Source of the DNA: Thermomonas sp.
GTDB lineage: Bacteria; Pseudomonadota; Gammaproteobacteria; Xanthomonadales; Xanthomonadaceae
Reading direction: 5' to 3'
NCBI GenBank assembly: GCA_036405455.1
Contig: DASWXO010000008.1
Span: 2,731-66,730, forward strand
Length of the DNA stretch: 64,000 bases
The position numbers were made by a program, and so were the translations under genes. The notes under the pieces are model-generated. The model saw only the letters and a program-made list of their open reading frames with translations, was not told the DNA's origin and did no database searches. Shown here one piece after another: positions 1-13,047 of the stretch (position 1 is the first letter of the stretch; each line of letters starts with the position of its first letter).

Positions 1-405
1 GCGCACGCGTTGCGACTCGCCACCGGCAGCAGGCTGCAGGATCGCCAGCCGGACCTGCGGGCTGATCAGGACGCCCGTGAGAAGGAAGTCGAAGGCCTGT
101 GCCTCGGCGGCCCCATCATCACCTGCCCCGCTCGCCAGGAAGGCGCGGGGGCGACGATCCTCGGTGAAAAGCGGATGCGCCGCGGCTTCCGCATACTGGG
201 CCAGCGGGCCGATGCGGTCGGCCACCGGCGCCGATGGCCGCGGAAGGGGAAGCTGGGCCACGGGCACCACGGCGACGATCCGCCCCCCCAGGCCCAGCAG
301 CGCGGCAGCCCAGAGCAGCAGCGCCCAGGCGCACGCCACCGCCAGCACCCACGTCATGGGACCGGCACGCCCCAGCTGCTGCAGGAATCCACGCTCAGTC
401 GCCAC
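1..405 (-). CDS. xpsN: Type II secretion protein XpsN (GspN/GspC-like), 5' part; runs off window start
   Basis: Manual translation from GTG 405 gives ...GRAGPMTWVLAVACAWALLLWAAALLGLGGRI, an N-terminal TM segment typical of XpsN. It follows xpsM directly. Not in the ORF track; start uncertain. Confidence 0.65.
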   Translation of the reverse strand, partial: MATERGFLQQLGRAGPMTWVLAVACAWALLLWAAALLGLGGRIVAVVPVAQLPLPRPSAPVADRIGPLAQYAEAAAHPLFTEDRRPRAFLASGAGDDGAAEAQAFDFLLTGVLISPQVRLAILQPAAGGESQRVR

Positions 406-1000
406 GTTGGCCTCCCGCTACCGGACGCAGGTAGCCGTAGAGGTTGAAGTTCACGTCGAGGCCGCCTTCCTGCGGCTGTGCGCTGCCGGGAACGGCGAAG
501 AAGCGCTGTGCCGTGATCCCGAGTGCATCGACAAACAAATAGGGGCGCGCCGACTCCAGTGCATGCAGCACGGCCAGCGTCTCGGCATTGCCGCACCGCA
601 GGCGCACCTGCACGGTCACCCGGCGATAGCGTCCCGCCTGGCCCGCGTCCTCGATCGGCGTGCGGTTCACGATGGCGCAACCGCGACCACCCGGACTGGC
701 GTCGCCGACCACGGTTTCCAGCTGCTGGATCAGGGACGCGGTGGCGAGTTCCGCGGTCGGTTCCACCAGGAAGTCCGATGCCGTTCCACGAGCCTCCAGG
801 GCCGCCAGGCGCTCCTCGACCTGCGTCCGCTGCAGCAGCAGCCCCCGCAGGCGGGCGTCCCGCGCGGCCAGGTCGGCGATCCGGGCATCCACGGCGGCGA
901 ACGGGGCGGCGAACCACGGCCACAGCGCCGCCGCCAGCAGCACCAGCAGGCCGCACAGGAGCCCCAGCGCCAGCCATCGATCCTGCGCAGTGCGGCTCAT
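395..1000 (-). CDS. xpsM: Type II secretion protein M
   Basis: MSRTAQDRWLALGLL TM plus coiled coil, ending GGLDVNFNLYGYL; overlaps the xpsL stop. Confidence 0.85.
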   Translation of the reverse strand: MSRTAQDRWLALGLLCGLLVLLAAALWPWFAAPFAAVDARIADLAARDARLRGLLLQRTQVEERLAALEARGTASDFLVEPTAELATASLIQQLETVVGDASPGGRGCAIVNRTPIEDAGQAGRYRRVTVQVRLRCGNAETLAVLHALESARPYLFVDALGITAQRFFAVPGSAQPQEGGLDVNFNLYGYLRPVAGGQRGD

Positions 1001-2121
1001 CGAACGTCCCCGCCGGCGGCAGGTGGCGCGTCGGCCTGGTGCCGCAGTTGCGCCACCAGCGTGAAGCGGTCCATGCGCGTACGCGGATCCTGCTGCAGGG
1101 CGCCACTCAACGCCGGCGCGCTCCACTGGGGGGCGCCCTCCAGCTTGCCGACCAGTGCCGCCGCCTGGTTGGACAGGCCGATGAGCGTCAGCTGGTCGCC
1201 ATCGATGGCCAGCTTCTCCAGGTAGGTTCCCTCGGGCAGCCGGCGCGCCAAGGCGTCGATCACTTCCACCGACGGCGCACGGCCGTTGCGCTGGGCACGC
1301 AGCCAGGCGCCGCCCTCGATGGCATCCAGCACGCGCTGGCGCTGGCCCGCGACGCGATGCGCCTGCGCCTCGCGGGCCGACATGGCGGCCTGCAGGCCGT
1401 CGGCGGCGGCACGCCGGTTCTCGAGCAACTGCGCCAGCCCCAGCAGCAGCGCGACCAGCGCGACGACGACCAAGGCGAGGTTCCAGCCACGCCAGCGATC
1501 AGGCCCCACCCGCCGGTCCGCGGGCGGCAGCAGGTTGACGCCCAACGGCATGCCGGCCTCGTCGAGCATGTCGACGCCCGCCAGCATCCCGCCCGCCGCG
1601 CCCAGCGGCGCGAGCAGCGCGTCGAGCCGCCGGCGCGGCAACACCACCAGCTCGACGAGCAGCTGGCCATCCTCGCGGACCTGCAGGAGCCGGCCGTCAT
1701 GCAGGACATCCGCCTGCACGAACGGCGTCTGTCGCTCGATCTCGAACGCCAGCACGTCGCGCAACCGCTCCCGGGCAGCAGCCGGCAGCACCAGGCGCCG
1801 GCGCAGCCCGGCGCCGGCGGGCAACCGCAGCCAGCGTGCCCAGTCCCGTGCATCCTCGCGCAGCAGGCGGGCCAAGGGGTCCGGATCGGCGGGAAGCGGC
1901 ACCGGCAGCTCCGCCAGTGGCGACACGTCGTCGCCATGCTGGCGCCAGAGCCGGAGGACATCGCCATCGAGCTGCAACAGCAGGCGATGGTCATCGCACA
2001 GTGCGTGGCGCATCCGCGCGGGCAGCCAGGCCGCCAGACTCCTGCCCCACCAGGCGAGGAAGCCACGCAGCCCTGCCCCGGAGTTTGCCCAGAGGGCACG
2101 ATGGATGGACGTCGCGCTCAC
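997..2121 (-). CDS. xpsL: Type II secretion protein L (PilN-like C-terminus)
   Basis: FLAWW...LRDVLAFEIERQTPF motif and one TM; GTG start overlaps the xpsK stop. Confidence 0.85.
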   Translation of the reverse strand: MSATSIHRALWANSGAGLRGFLAWWGRSLAAWLPARMRHALCDDHRLLLQLDGDVLRLWRQHGDDVSPLAELPVPLPADPDPLARLLREDARDWARWLRLPAGAGLRRRLVLPAAARERLRDVLAFEIERQTPFVQADVLHDGRLLQVREDGQLLVELVVLPRRRLDALLAPLGAAGGMLAGVDMLDEAGMPLGVNLLPPADRRVGPDRWRGWNLALVVVALVALLLGLAQLLENRRAAADGLQAAMSAREAQAHRVAGQRQRVLDAIEGGAWLRAQRNGRAPSVEVIDALARRLPEGTYLEKLAIDGDQLTLIGLSNQAAALVGKLEGAPQWSAPALSGALQQDPRTRMDRFTLVAQLRHQADAPPAAGGDVR

Positions 2122-2945
2122 GGCGCACTCCCGCCACGCCGCGCATCCAGCGTTGTGTAAGTCGAACCGGGCAAACCATCTCCCCCCAAGCGGATCACCA
2201 CCGACCATCGCGCGCTGCGCCCGTCGGCGGGCCGGGCACGGCTCTCGATACTATACGTGCCGCTGCCGGCCACCGGCGATGCCGCGGCATCGGCCGCCGC
2301 CTCCGCGGGCGGCAGGCCCATCGCGCGGCGCAGCAGGGGATCGGCGGACGCGGCCTCCGGCATCGCGCGGCCGCTGTACACGGTCAGGTGCGGGGCCGCC
2401 GCCGCGAACAGCGCGGGCCGCATGCCCAGCACCTCCGCCAGCTCGGCGACACGCTCGAACGGCGCGTCCTTGGCGCCCCCCTGCAGGCCGGCGGCGGCGT
2501 AGTCGGCATCCTCGGCACCACCGGCGGGCTGGACCAGGCTGTCGGCATCGCGCCAGTCGACGACGGCGCCAGCCAACCGCGCCGCCGCCTCGTCGGGCTC
2601 GCCCAGCGCGACGAAAAACGCCTGCAACAGGCCGAACGGCGCGCCGTTGAGATCAAGCTTCGCCGCCTCGTCGCGGACTGCGACGTCGACCGGCACGCCA
2701 TCGAACACCCAGCGATACGTCCGCCCGTCCACCGCCCAGCGCCGCGCAGGGTCGGGGTCGAGCAGGCGCGAGGCGGCGTACTCGACGCCGGCGCGGGCCG
2801 CCTCGCCGGCCACCACGTCGCGCGCCAGGCCGTTGCCTTGCAGCGACGCGATGCGCGCAGACAGCGCATAGCCGGCCACCAGTCCGCTGAGCAGCAGGAC
2901 CAGCCACAGCACCAGCAGCAGCGCCGCGCCGCGGGCGGCCCTCAT
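2118..2945 (-). CDS. xpsK: Type II secretion minor pseudopilin K
   Basis: RGAALLLVLWLV prepilin-like N-terminus; DEAAKLDLN and VVDWRDAD motifs. Confidence 0.88.
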   Translation of the reverse strand: MRAARGAALLLVLWLVLLLSGLVAGYALSARIASLQGNGLARDVVAGEAARAGVEYAASRLLDPDPARRWAVDGRTYRWVFDGVPVDVAVRDEAAKLDLNGAPFGLLQAFFVALGEPDEAAARLAGAVVDWRDADSLVQPAGGAEDADYAAAGLQGGAKDAPFERVAELAEVLGMRPALFAAAAPHLTVYSGRAMPEAASADPLLRRAMGLPPAEAAADAAASPVAGSGTYSIESRARPADGRSARWSVVIRLGGDGLPGSTYTTLDARRGGSAP

Positions 2946-3583
2946 CGCCCCGCTCCGCCGGCGCGCACCAGTGCCACCACCAGGTCCGGCCACGGACCCT
3001 GCCCGTCGCGGATGCGCACGCGCACCTGCGGCGGCAGCGCGTCGGGCGTGTCCCAGGTGTCCTGCCATGGCCCCGGGCGGCCATCGGCCGCCAGCGTGCG
3101 ATAAGCGAAGCGGACCTCCACGAGTCCCGTCACCAGCGGCTCCGGGGACCGCGTGGCCGGCAACGCCTGTCCCGCGCGCAGTTGGCGAAACGCGACATCG
3201 AGCCGCCGCGCCGGCCCAGCACGGACCTGCAATTCGTGCAGGCGGGGGCCCCCGCGATCGAAGTAGGCAGGCACGTCGGATACGAAACGCATGGCCTGCG
3301 CGTCGCCCGCGAAGCGCAGCGACCGGCCACTGCCGGCATCGAAGCCGAACACGAGGCCGTCGGCGCCGCCGATCCGTTCGCGCAGGAATGCCGACACCGC
3401 GCGGATGCGCTCGTTGCGCTCCGCCATTGCCTCGCCGCGCGCCACGGTGGCACCCGCCGCGCGCAGGATGCCGAACGCCAGCGCCAGCGCTGCCGCCAGC
3501 AGCGACGTGGCCAGCAGGACCTCCATCAAGGTGAAGCCGGCCGCCACGCGTGGGCGCCGCACGCGCTCCCCGCGCCGGCTCAC
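2942..3583 (-). CDS. xpsJ: Type II secretion pseudopilin J
   Basis: GFTLMEVLLA N-methylation motif; GTG start overlaps the xpsI stop. Confidence 0.85.
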   Translation of the reverse strand: MSRRGERVRRPRVAAGFTLMEVLLATSLLAAALALAFGILRAAGATVARGEAMAERNERIRAVSAFLRERIGGADGLVFGFDAGSGRSLRFAGDAQAMRFVSDVPAYFDRGGPRLHELQVRAGPARRLDVAFRQLRAGQALPATRSPEPLVTGLVEVRFAYRTLAADGRPGPWQDTWDTPDALPPQVRVRIRDGQGPWPDLVVALVRAGGAGR

Positions 3584-4023
3584 GGGCCCCCTCCCGCCGG
3601 CAGCGGGCGCACCAGCCGCAGCGACGCCAGCCGCAGGCGCTGTTGCGGACTGCCCTCGCCCCACACCACATCCAGCCGGACGTGCAACAGGCGCGCGGCG
3701 AACGGATCCTCCGGCGCCTGGGTCGCCCGCGGCTGCGGGTCGCGCCACGGCGCCACCTCCAGCTGCCAGCGATAGCGTCCCTCCTCGAACGTTCCCGACA
3801 GCCGCCCGGGCCGCAGCAGCGCATCGCTGCGCTCGACCAGCAGCGACTGCGCATGCAGCGCCGCCTGCCCGGCATCGCCGGCCTGTCGCAGCTGCCGGCT
3901 GGCGCCGGACAGCGTGCCCAGCAGCAGGGTCAGGCCCAGCGCGAGCACGCCGAACGCGACCATGATTTCGATCAGGGTGAACCCATGCTGCGGACGCGCA
4001 AGGACGCGGCGTGGGACACTCAT
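3580..4023 (-). CDS. xpsI: Type II secretion pseudopilin I
   Basis: GFTLIEIMVAFGVLALGLTLLLGTLSG motif. Confidence 0.88.
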   Translation of the reverse strand: MSVPRRVLARPQHGFTLIEIMVAFGVLALGLTLLLGTLSGASRQLRQAGDAGQAALHAQSLLVERSDALLRPGRLSGTFEEGRYRWQLEVAPWRDPQPRATQAPEDPFAARLLHVRLDVVWGEGSPQQRLRLASLRLVRPLPAGGGP

Positions 4024-4478
4024 CGCCCATCCCCGATCCGGCGCAGCCGCACCTCGCCGGTCAGCCACGCCACGTCGACGTCCCAGCCGCCGCCATTGGC
4101 GGCCAGGCGCACCCGGCCGCCGGTCGCGGCGCCATCGGGGAAGAAGCGCACCGCGCCCTCGCCGGCCGTCGGCCCGAGTCCACGCGCACCGGTGAAGACC
4201 AGTTCGCCCGTGTCCGGCAGGCGGCCGTGGCGGCCGTTCGGCGCGCGCCAGGCGCGCGCGCGCGGATCGATCACGAAGTCCTGCGGGGCTCCGGTGGAAA
4301 TCGCCACCGCCCGGGTGAAGCGCAGCTGCGCGGCGACCTCCTTCGCCGCCGCCTGCAACCGCGCACCGCGCAGGCCATCGCCGAATGCGGCCATGGCGAG
4401 GACACTGGCGGCGGCGATGAGCGCCAGCACCACCAGCATCTCCAGCAGGGTGAACCCTGCCGTTGCCCGACCGCGCAT
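4020..4478 (-). CDS. xpsH: Type II secretion pseudopilin H
   Basis: GFTLLEMLVV; IRFFPDG-like VRFFPDGAATGGRV; VDVAWLTGEV. Confidence 0.9.
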   Translation of the reverse strand: MRGRATAGFTLLEMLVVLALIAAASVLAMAAFGDGLRGARLQAAAKEVAAQLRFTRAVAISTGAPQDFVIDPRARAWRAPNGRHGRLPDTGELVFTGARGLGPTAGEGAVRFFPDGAATGGRVRLAANGGGWDVDVAWLTGEVRLRRIGDGR

Positions 4479-4502
4479 GTGCCTGTCCCAACCCGTCGCG
4501 TG

Positions 4503-4934
4503 TTATTCGAAGCGCAGGTCGGCGTCCACGCTGTCGCCGCCGGGCTGGCCATCGGCCCCCAAGCTGAGCAGGTCGAACGCACGGCCCTCGCCCGGCACCT
4601 TGTACTGCACCGGATGCATCCACGGGTCCTTGAGGTCCGCCTGCTTCGCGTACGGGCCCAGCCAGCCGGCCACGCCCGACGGCGCCGCCACCAGTGCATC
4701 CAGGCTGGCGGGCAGCGCGCCGGTGTCCATCTGGTACTGCTGGACCTTCTCCGCCAGTGTCTGCAGCTGCGCCTGCGCCAGCTTGACCTTGGCGCGGTCG
4801 CCGCCGCCCAGGATGCGCGATGCCGCGAAGGCGACGATGCCGCCGATCAGCACCACCACCACGATGATCTCGATCAGCGAGAAACCGCGCTGCGCGGCCT
4901 TCGGGATCGGACGGAAATTGCGACGTTCACGCAT
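4503..4934 (-). CDS. xpsG: Type II secretion major pseudopilin G
   Basis: GFSLIEIIVVVVLIG; WLGPY...DLKDPW; LLSLGADGQPGG. Confidence 0.95.
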   Translation of the reverse strand: MRERRNFRPIPKAAQRGFSLIEIIVVVVLIGGIVAFAASRILGGGDRAKVKLAQAQLQTLAEKVQQYQMDTGALPASLDALVAAPSGVAGWLGPYAKQADLKDPWMHPVQYKVPGEGRAFDLLSLGADGQPGGDSVDADLRFE

Positions 4935-4989
4935 GGCATAGCCCCGGCTTGGATGGGATTTCGATTTCGGGATGGCACAGTGCCAGCGC

Positions 4990-6207
4990 TCATCCCACCA
5001 CGTTGGTCAGATCGTAGATCGGCGCCAGCACCGACAGGATCACCACGCCGACGACCGCCGCCAGCACCAGCGTCACCACCGGCACCAGCGCGGCCAACAG
5101 GCGGTCCATCGCCGCCTGCGTCTCCTGGTCGAAAGTGTCCGCGGTCTTCAGCAGCATGGCGTCGAGCGCGCCCGACTCCTCGCCAACCTGGATCATCTGC
5201 AGCGCCAGCCGCGGGAACCGCTTGCCGCGGGCCAGCGCGGAGGACAGACCGATGCCGTTCTTGACCTCCTCGGCGGCGGCGGCGACGTCGTCGGCCAGCA
5301 CGCGGTTGTCCAGCACGTTGCGGGCGATGCCCAGCGCCGCCAGCAGCGGCACGCCGTTGCGCAGCAGGGTCCCCAGCGTGCGCGCCAGCCGCGCGGTGTC
5401 GAGCTTGGCCACCAGCGACCCGGCGAGCTTGCGCTGCAGCAGCCAGCCATCGAAGCGGCGCATCACCGCGGGATCGCGGCGCAGGCGCTCCAGCCACAGC
5501 AGCGCGAGCAACGGCACCGCGAGGATCACGATCCACCAGTCGCGGACGAACACGCCGGTGCCCAGCACCAGCCGGGAGAACCAGGGTAGCTCCGCGTCCA
5601 GGCTTTCGTACATGCCGGCGAATTGCGGCACCACGTACCCCAGCAGGAACAGCAGCGACAGCCCCACCATCACCAGCAGGATCGCCGGGTACACCAGCGC
5701 GTTGACCACCCGCGTGCGCAGCGCGCGCGAACGCTCCAGGTAGTCGGCCAGCCGCTGCAGCGTCTCGTGCAGGCTGCCGCCCGCCTCGCCGGCGCGGACC
5801 ATGTTCACGTACAGCCGGCCGAACGCGCCGTGCTGGCGTTCCAGCGCGGCCGACAGCGAGGCACCGCCGCGCACCGCCTCGCGGATGTCGCCCACGATGC
5901 GCTTGGCCGCCTCGTCCTCCGGCAGCTCCAGCAGGATCCCCAGCGCGCGATCCAGCGGCTGTCCCGCCGCCAGCAGCGTGGCCAGCTGCTGGGTGAACTG
6001 CACCAGGCGCGCGCCGGCGAACGGGGCCGGCTTGAACAGCGCGCGCCACGGGGCGGCGCCGCCCGCGTCGGACGCAGGCCTGGCCTCCACCGGCAGCTGG
6101 CCCTGCGCCTGCAGGCGCGCGGCCACGTCGGCTTCGCTGGCCGCTTCCATCTGCCCGTCCACCAGCGTGCCGCGGGCGTCCAGCGCCTTGTAGCGATACA
6201 GCGCCAT
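4990..6207 (-). CDS. xpsF: Type II secretion inner membrane protein F
   Basis: MALYRYKALD start; two GspF repeats (RAGEAGGSL, QVGEESGALD) and three TMs. Confidence 0.95.
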   Translation of the reverse strand: MALYRYKALDARGTLVDGQMEAASEADVAARLQAQGQLPVEARPASDAGGAAPWRALFKPAPFAGARLVQFTQQLATLLAAGQPLDRALGILLELPEDEAAKRIVGDIREAVRGGASLSAALERQHGAFGRLYVNMVRAGEAGGSLHETLQRLADYLERSRALRTRVVNALVYPAILLVMVGLSLLFLLGYVVPQFAGMYESLDAELPWFSRLVLGTGVFVRDWWIVILAVPLLALLWLERLRRDPAVMRRFDGWLLQRKLAGSLVAKLDTARLARTLGTLLRNGVPLLAALGIARNVLDNRVLADDVAAAAEEVKNGIGLSSALARGKRFPRLALQMIQVGEESGALDAMLLKTADTFDQETQAAMDRLLAALVPVVTLVLAAVVGVVILSVLAPIYDLTNVVG

Positions 6208-6211
6208 CGGC

Positions 6212-7933
<1,722 letters not shown>

Positions 7934-8067
7934 GACTCCTGCAATCCGCGTTGGACTTTAGCAGGCCGCGGGCCAGCCCCGAAACGACGACGCCCGGCGG
8001 CCTGCGGGCCACCGGGCGTCCGACGTGCTCCTCACCGTCCCTGGTCGATCACCCCAGCCAACAACCC

Positions 8068-8177
8068 GCAGGCTGCCGGGCGTTCGCGGGCTCGCGGCTA
8101 GCGCCGCTCGGTGGCACCCCCGGCCCGTCGGCTGGCAGGCCGCCGGGCGTTCGCGGGCTCGCGGCTAGCGCCGCTCG
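8068..8177. repeat. Two 43-bp direct repeats (8068-8110, 8135-8177), REP-like
   Basis: gcaggc(t/c)gccgggcgttcgcgggctcgcggctagcgccgctcg occurs twice with one mismatch, in the purL-xpsE intergenic region. Confidence 0.8.
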
Positions 8178-8187
8178 AAAGCCCCGC

Positions 8188-11100
8188 TCACCCCAGCCAC
8201 ACCCGCGCGTTGCGGAACATGCGCTGCCACGGCGAGTCTTCCGGCCAGTCGGCCGGGGCCCAGCTGAAGTTGGCGCTGCGCAGGGTGCGCTCGGGGTGCG
8301 GCATCAGGATGGTGGCGCGGCCGTCGCGGCTGGCAACGCCGGCGATGCCGTCGGGCGAGCCGTTCGGGTTGGCCGGGTAGCGGTCGGCAATGCGGCCACC
8401 TTCGACATAACGCGCAGCCACGTCCACCGCGCCCTGGTCGATGACGTCGGCGAACACCGCGCGGCCCTCGCCGTGCGCCACCGCCACCGGGATCTTTGAT
8501 CCGGCCATGCCGCGCAGGAAGATCGACGGCGATTCGCCCACTTCCAGCAGGGCCAGCCGCGCTTCGTACTGCTCGCTGGCGTTGCGCTGGAAGGTCGGCC
8601 AGTGCCCAGCGCCGGGGATGATGTCGCGCAGCTGCGCCATCATCTGGCAGCCGTTGCAGATGCCCAGCGAGAAGCTGTTTTCGCGGGCGAAGAACGCCGC
8701 GAACATCTCGCGCAGCGCGGCGCGCTCGAGGATCGACGTCGCCCAGCCGCGGCCCGCGCCCAGCACGTCGCCGTAGCTGAAGCCGCCGCAGGCGGCCAGG
8801 CCGTGGAAGTCTTTGAGGTCAAAGCGGCCGGCGATGAGGTCGCTCATGTGCACGTCGAAGGCGTCGAAGCCGGCGCGATGGAACGCGTAAGCCGTCTCCA
8901 TCTGGCTGTTGACGCCCTGCTCGCGCAGGATCGCCACCTTCGGGCGCGCGCCGGTCGAGACGAACGGCGCGGCCACGTCCTCGGCGGCATCGAAGGTGAG
9001 CACCGGCTGCAGGCCCGGGGCGTCGAAGCGCCGCGCGGCGTCGCGCTCGCTGTCGGCACCGTCCGGATTGTCGCGCAGCCGCTGCATCGCATGGGTGACC
9101 GACCACCACGCGTCGAACAACTCCTCCCAGCGCCATTGCGCCAGCTCGGCGTCGCCGTCGGCGATGCGCACCATCGGCGCCGTGGTCGGCACCGCGATGC
9201 GCTGGGCGCACTCGATCAGGCCGTGGCGGGCGACGAGGTCGGCGAACGCGGCGCGCTCTTCGGTCGGCACCTGCACCACCGCACCCAGTTCCTCGTTGAA
9301 CAGCACCCGCAACGGGTCGTCGGTGCGGCCGTCGCCCCAGCCGTCGAGGCGGATGTCCAGGCCGAGGTGCGAGGCAAACGCCATTTCGCACAGCGCGGCG
9401 AACACACCGCCGTCGGACCGGTCGTGGTAGGCCAGCAGCAACCCGTCTTCGCGTGCGTCGCGGACCAGCTCGAACAGCGCGCGCAGGCGCTGCGGATCAT
9501 CGAGATCGGGGGATTCGCCACCGAACGCCGGCAATGCCGCCCCACTGTTCGCCTCGGGATGGCATTGCGCCAGCACCGAGCCGCCCATGCGCTGGCGGCC
9601 GCCACCGAGGCCGATCAGCCAGAGTTCCGACTCGACGTCGCGGCGCAGCAGCGGGGTGAGCTGCGCGCGCACGTCGACCACCGGCGCGAACGCCGAGACC
9701 ACCAGCGAAACGGGCGAGACCGACTTCTGCGCGGCGCCGTCGCCGGACCACTGCGCCTGCATCGACAGCGAGTCCTTGCCGACCGGGATGCCGAGCTCCA
9801 GTTCGGGGCACAGCTCCATGCCCACCGCCTTGACGGCGTCGAACAGGCGCGCGTCCTCGCCGGGGTGGCCGGCGGCGGCCATCCAGTTGGCGGACAGCTT
9901 GATGCGGTTGAGCGATTCCACCGGCGCGGCGATCAGGTTGGTGATCGCCTCGCCCACCGCCATCCGCGCGGACGCGGCGGCATCCAGCAGGGCCAGCGGG
10001 GTGCGCTCGCCCACGCTCATCGCCTCGCCGGTGAACCCATCGAAGCCGGAGAGCGTGATCGCGCAGTCGGCCACCGGCATCTGCCACGGGCCGACCATCT
10101 GGTCGCGCGCGGTCAGGCCGCCGACGGTGCGGTCGCCAATGGTGATGAGGAAGGACTTGGCCGCCACCGACGGGTGCGCCAGCACGCGCAGGCCGGCTTC
10201 GCGCAGGTCCAGCGCGTCGGTGTCGGCCTGCGGCCAGCGCGGCGGCGCCGGGTGCGCGGTGTCGCGGTGCATCTTCGGCGGCTTGCCGAACAGCACGTCC
10301 ATCGGCAAATCAATGGCCGGCGCCTGGCCTTCGTAGCCCACCCGCAGGTGTTCCTCGGCGGTGGCGGTGCCGACCACCGCGAACGGGCAACGCTCGCGCG
10401 CGCACAGCGCCGCGAACTCGGCCACGCGCGACTGGGCCACGCCCAGCACGTAGCGCTCCTGCGATTCGTTGCACCACAGCTGCATCGGCGACAGCGAAGG
10501 ATCGTCCTTCGGCACCTGGCCGAGGTCGATCACACCGCCCACGCCGGAATCGTGCAGCAGTTCGGGGATGGCATTGGAAAGCCCGCCGGCGCCGACATCG
10601 TGCACGCACAGGATCGGGTTGTCGGCGCCCAGCGCCACGCAACGGTCGATGACCTCCTGCGCGCGGCGCTCCATTTCCGGGTTGTCGCGCTGCACGGAGG
10701 CGAAGTCGAGGTCTTCGGCGGAATCGCCGGAGGCAACCGAGCTGGCGGCACCGCCGCCGAGGCCGATCAGCATCGCCGGCCCGCCGAGCACGATCACCGC
10801 GTCGCCGGGGGACAGCCGCAGCTTCTCCACCTGCCCGCGGTCCATCGCGCCCAAGCCGCCGGCCAGCATGATCGGCTTGTCGTAGGCGCGGGTGAGCCCG
10901 TCGGCTTCGTGCAGCTCGAAGCTGCGGAAGTAGCCGGTCAGGTTGGGCCGGCCGAATTCGTTGTTGAACGCCGCCGCACCCAGCGGTCCATCGAGCATGA
11001 TCTCGACGGCGGAGGCCATACGCGGATTGAGCGGGCGTTCGCCCTCCCACGGCTGCGGCAGGGTCGGGATGCGCAGGTGCGAGACCGAGAACCCGGCCAA

Positions 11101-12072
11101 GCCGGCCTTCGGGCGACCGCCGCGACCGGTGGCGCCCTCGTCGCGGATTTCGCCGCCGGCGCCGGTGGATGCGCCGGGGAACGGGGCGATCGCGGTCGGG
11201 TGGTTGTGGGTTTCCACCTTGATGCAGAACGCCGAGTCCACGGCCGGCTCGCTGCGGTACTGCTGCGTCGCCGGATCCGGGCGCCAGCGCGAGGCCGCAT
11301 AGCCTTCCACCACCGCCGCGTTGTCGCTGTAGGCCGACAGCACGTGCTCCGGCGTGCGCGCCTGCGTGTTCTTGATCATCTTGAACAGCGACGTCGGCTG
11401 CGGCTGGCCGTCGATGGTCCAGCTGGCGTTGAAGATCTTGTGCCGGCAGTGCTCGGAGTTCGCCTGCGCGAACATCATCAGCTCGACGTCATGCGGGTCG
11501 CGGCCCAGCTCGCCGTAGCGGGCGCGCAGGTAGTCGATCTCGTCGTCGGCCAGGGCCAGGCCCAGGCGTACGTTCGCCGCCTCCAGCTGCGCCAGCGGGA
11601 TGACCTCGACGCCGCCGGCGGGCTGCGAGCCGAACAACGCCGCCGCAGCGTCCCGTTCGCCCAGCAGCGACTGGGTCATCGGATCGTGCAGCAGTTTGGC
11701 CAGCGCCGCGGCCGTGGCGGCATCGGCCGGCCATCCCAGCAGGTCGATGCGCAGGCCGCGCTCGACGCGCTTCACCGGCAGGCCGGCGCCGCGCAGCAGC
11801 TCGGTGGCCTTGCTGGCCCAGGGCGACAGCGTGCCCAGCCGCGGCACCACATAGCGGCTGACCGCGCCGGGCTCGGCGGCGGCGAAGCCCTCGCCCGCCT
11901 GCAGGATGCGGCGCAGTGCGGCAGGGTCCGGCGTCGCGCCGGGCTCGGGATCGATCCAGTAGCCGTGCCAGGCGCCGGCGATGCGCAGGCCGGGCACGAG
12001 GGTCTGGAGGCGGGCTTGCAGGCGGTCGCGGCGGAACGGCGACAGGGCGGGCGCGCCCTCGAGGACGATCAT
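8188..12072 (-). CDS. purL: Phosphoribosylformylglycinamidine synthase
   Basis: [23 protein letters not shown]; GATase GICNGCQ and MPHPER motifs. Confidence 0.98.
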   Translation of the reverse strand: MIVLEGAPALSPFRRDRLQARLQTLVPGLRIAGAWHGYWIDPEPGATPDPAALRRILQAGEGFAAAEPGAVSRYVVPRLGTLSPWASKATELLRGAGLPVKRVERGLRIDLLGWPADAATAAALAKLLHDPMTQSLLGERDAAAALFGSQPAGGVEVIPLAQLEAANVRLGLALADDEIDYLRARYGELGRDPHDVELMMFAQANSEHCRHKIFNASWTIDGQPQPTSLFKMIKNTQARTPEHVLSAYSDNAAVVEGYAASRWRPDPATQQYRSEPAVDSAFCIKVETHNHPTAIAPFPGASTGAGGEIRDEGATGRGGRPKAGLAGFSVSHLRIPTLPQPWEGERPLNPRMASAVEIMLDGPLGAAAFNNEFGRPNLTGYFRSFELHEADGLTRAYDKPIMLAGGLGAMDRGQVEKLRLSPGDAVIVLGGPAMLIGLGGGAASSVASGDSAEDLDFASVQRDNPEMERRAQEVIDRCVALGADNPILCVHDVGAGGLSNAIPELLHDSGVGGVIDLGQVPKDDPSLSPMQLWCNESQERYVLGVAQSRVAEFAALCARERCPFAVVGTATAEEHLRVGYEGQAPAIDLPMDVLFGKPPKMHRDTAHPAPPRWPQADTDALDLREAGLRVLAHPSVAAKSFLITIGDRTVGGLTARDQMVGPWQMPVADCAITLSGFDGFTGEAMSVGERTPLALLDAAASARMAVGEAITNLIAAPVESLNRIKLSANWMAAAGHPGEDARLFDAVKAVGMELCPELELGIPVGKDSLSMQAQWSGDGAAQKSVSPVSLVVSAFAPVVDVRAQLTPLLRRDVESELWLIGLGGGRQRMGGSVLAQCHPEANSGAALPAFGGESPDLDDPQRLRALFELVRDAREDGLLLAYHDRSDGGVFAALCEMAFASHLGLDIRLDGWGDGRTDDPLRVLFNEELGAVVQVPTEERAAFADLVARHGLIECAQRIAVPTTAPMVRIADGDAELAQWRWEELFDAWWSVTHAMQRLRDNPDGADSERDAARRFDAPGLQPVLTFDAAEDVAAPFVSTGARPKVAILREQGVNSQMETAYAFHRAGFDAFDVHMSDLIAGRFDLKDFHGLAACGGFSYGDVLGAGRGWATSILERAALREMFAAFFARENSFSLGICNGCQMMAQLRDIIPGAGHWPTFQRNASEQYEARLALLEVGESPSIFLRGMAGSKIPVAVAHGEGRAVFADVIDQGAVDVAARYVEGGRIADRYPANPNGSPDGIAGVASRDGRATILMPHPERTLRSANFSWAPADWPEDSPWQRMFRNARVWLG

Positions 12073-12138
12073 GTCCGGCAACGGTTGGGGACGGCCCGCT
12101 ATTGTAGCCGAGCCACGCCCTCCCGGCCCGGGCCGGCC

Positions 12139-12945
12139 TCAGCCGGCGGGCGACTCCTTGGCCAGCGCGTCCAGGCGCTCCAGCAGGCGGTCCGGCGGCA
12201 GGTAGCCCCCGACCATGCGCCCATCGGCGTTGAGGATCATCGGCGTGCCGGTCAGGCCCATCCGCAGGCCTGCGTTGTACTGCATGTCCACCGGCGAACG
12301 CGGGCAGGGACCCTGCGTCACCGGGCGATCGTTCTTGGCGTCGGTCAACGCCTTGCGCCGGTCCGGCGCGCACCAGACCGCCACCATCTTGCGGTAGTCG
12401 GGCGTGCCGATGCCGGCGCGCGGGAACGCCATGTACTCCACCCGGATGCCGCGCTTGGTGTACTCGGCGATGTCGGAGTGGAACTTGCGGCAGTAGCCGC
12501 ACTCGACGTCGGTCAGCACCACCACGGTGTGCTTGGTCACGCCGGCCGGGGCGAACACGATGCGGTCGGCTTCCGGCAGCGTGGCCAGCACCTGGCGGCG
12601 CACCTTCGCCATCGCCAGGTCGCCCAGGTCCTTGCGGGCGGCGATGTCCAGCAGGTCGCCCTGGAACAGGTACTTGCCGTCGTCGCTCACCCAGAGCACC
12701 TGGCCGCTGGCCACCACTTCGCGGAAGCCCGGCACCGGCGCCTTGTCGATGGCCTCGACCCGGACCTTCGGGTTCAGCGCGCGCAGGGCGTCGCGGACGC
12801 GCGCTTCCGGCGTACCGGCGGCGAACGTGGGCTCCTTCACCGTCGCCACCGGCTTGGCGGGCCCCACCGGCGCCGCGGCATCGGTGGATTGCGCGCAGGC
12901 CGACAGGCTGAGGCAGAACAGGGCGGCGAGAACGAGGTGTTTCAT
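12139..12945 (-). CDS. dsbC: Thiol:disulfide isomerase DsbC
   Basis: Signal peptide, TDVECGYCRKFH active site, GTP cis-Pro; adjacent to xerD as in many gammaproteobacteria. Confidence 0.92.
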   Translation of the reverse strand: MKHLVLAALFCLSLSACAQSTDAAAPVGPAKPVATVKEPTFAAGTPEARVRDALRALNPKVRVEAIDKAPVPGFREVVASGQVLWVSDDGKYLFQGDLLDIAARKDLGDLAMAKVRRQVLATLPEADRIVFAPAGVTKHTVVVLTDVECGYCRKFHSDIAEYTKRGIRVEYMAFPRAGIGTPDYRKMVAVWCAPDRRKALTDAKNDRPVTQGPCPRSPVDMQYNAGLRMGLTGTPMILNADGRMVGGYLPPDRLLERLDALAKESPAG

Positions 12946-13047
12946 CGGGACTCCGGTCGCGGGCGCACTGTCCGACCCGGACGCGCCACCAAGGTTCCGA
13001 TTGTCGCACGGGGCCATGGCGCGACCTCGCCGCCTCGCGCGGGCCGT

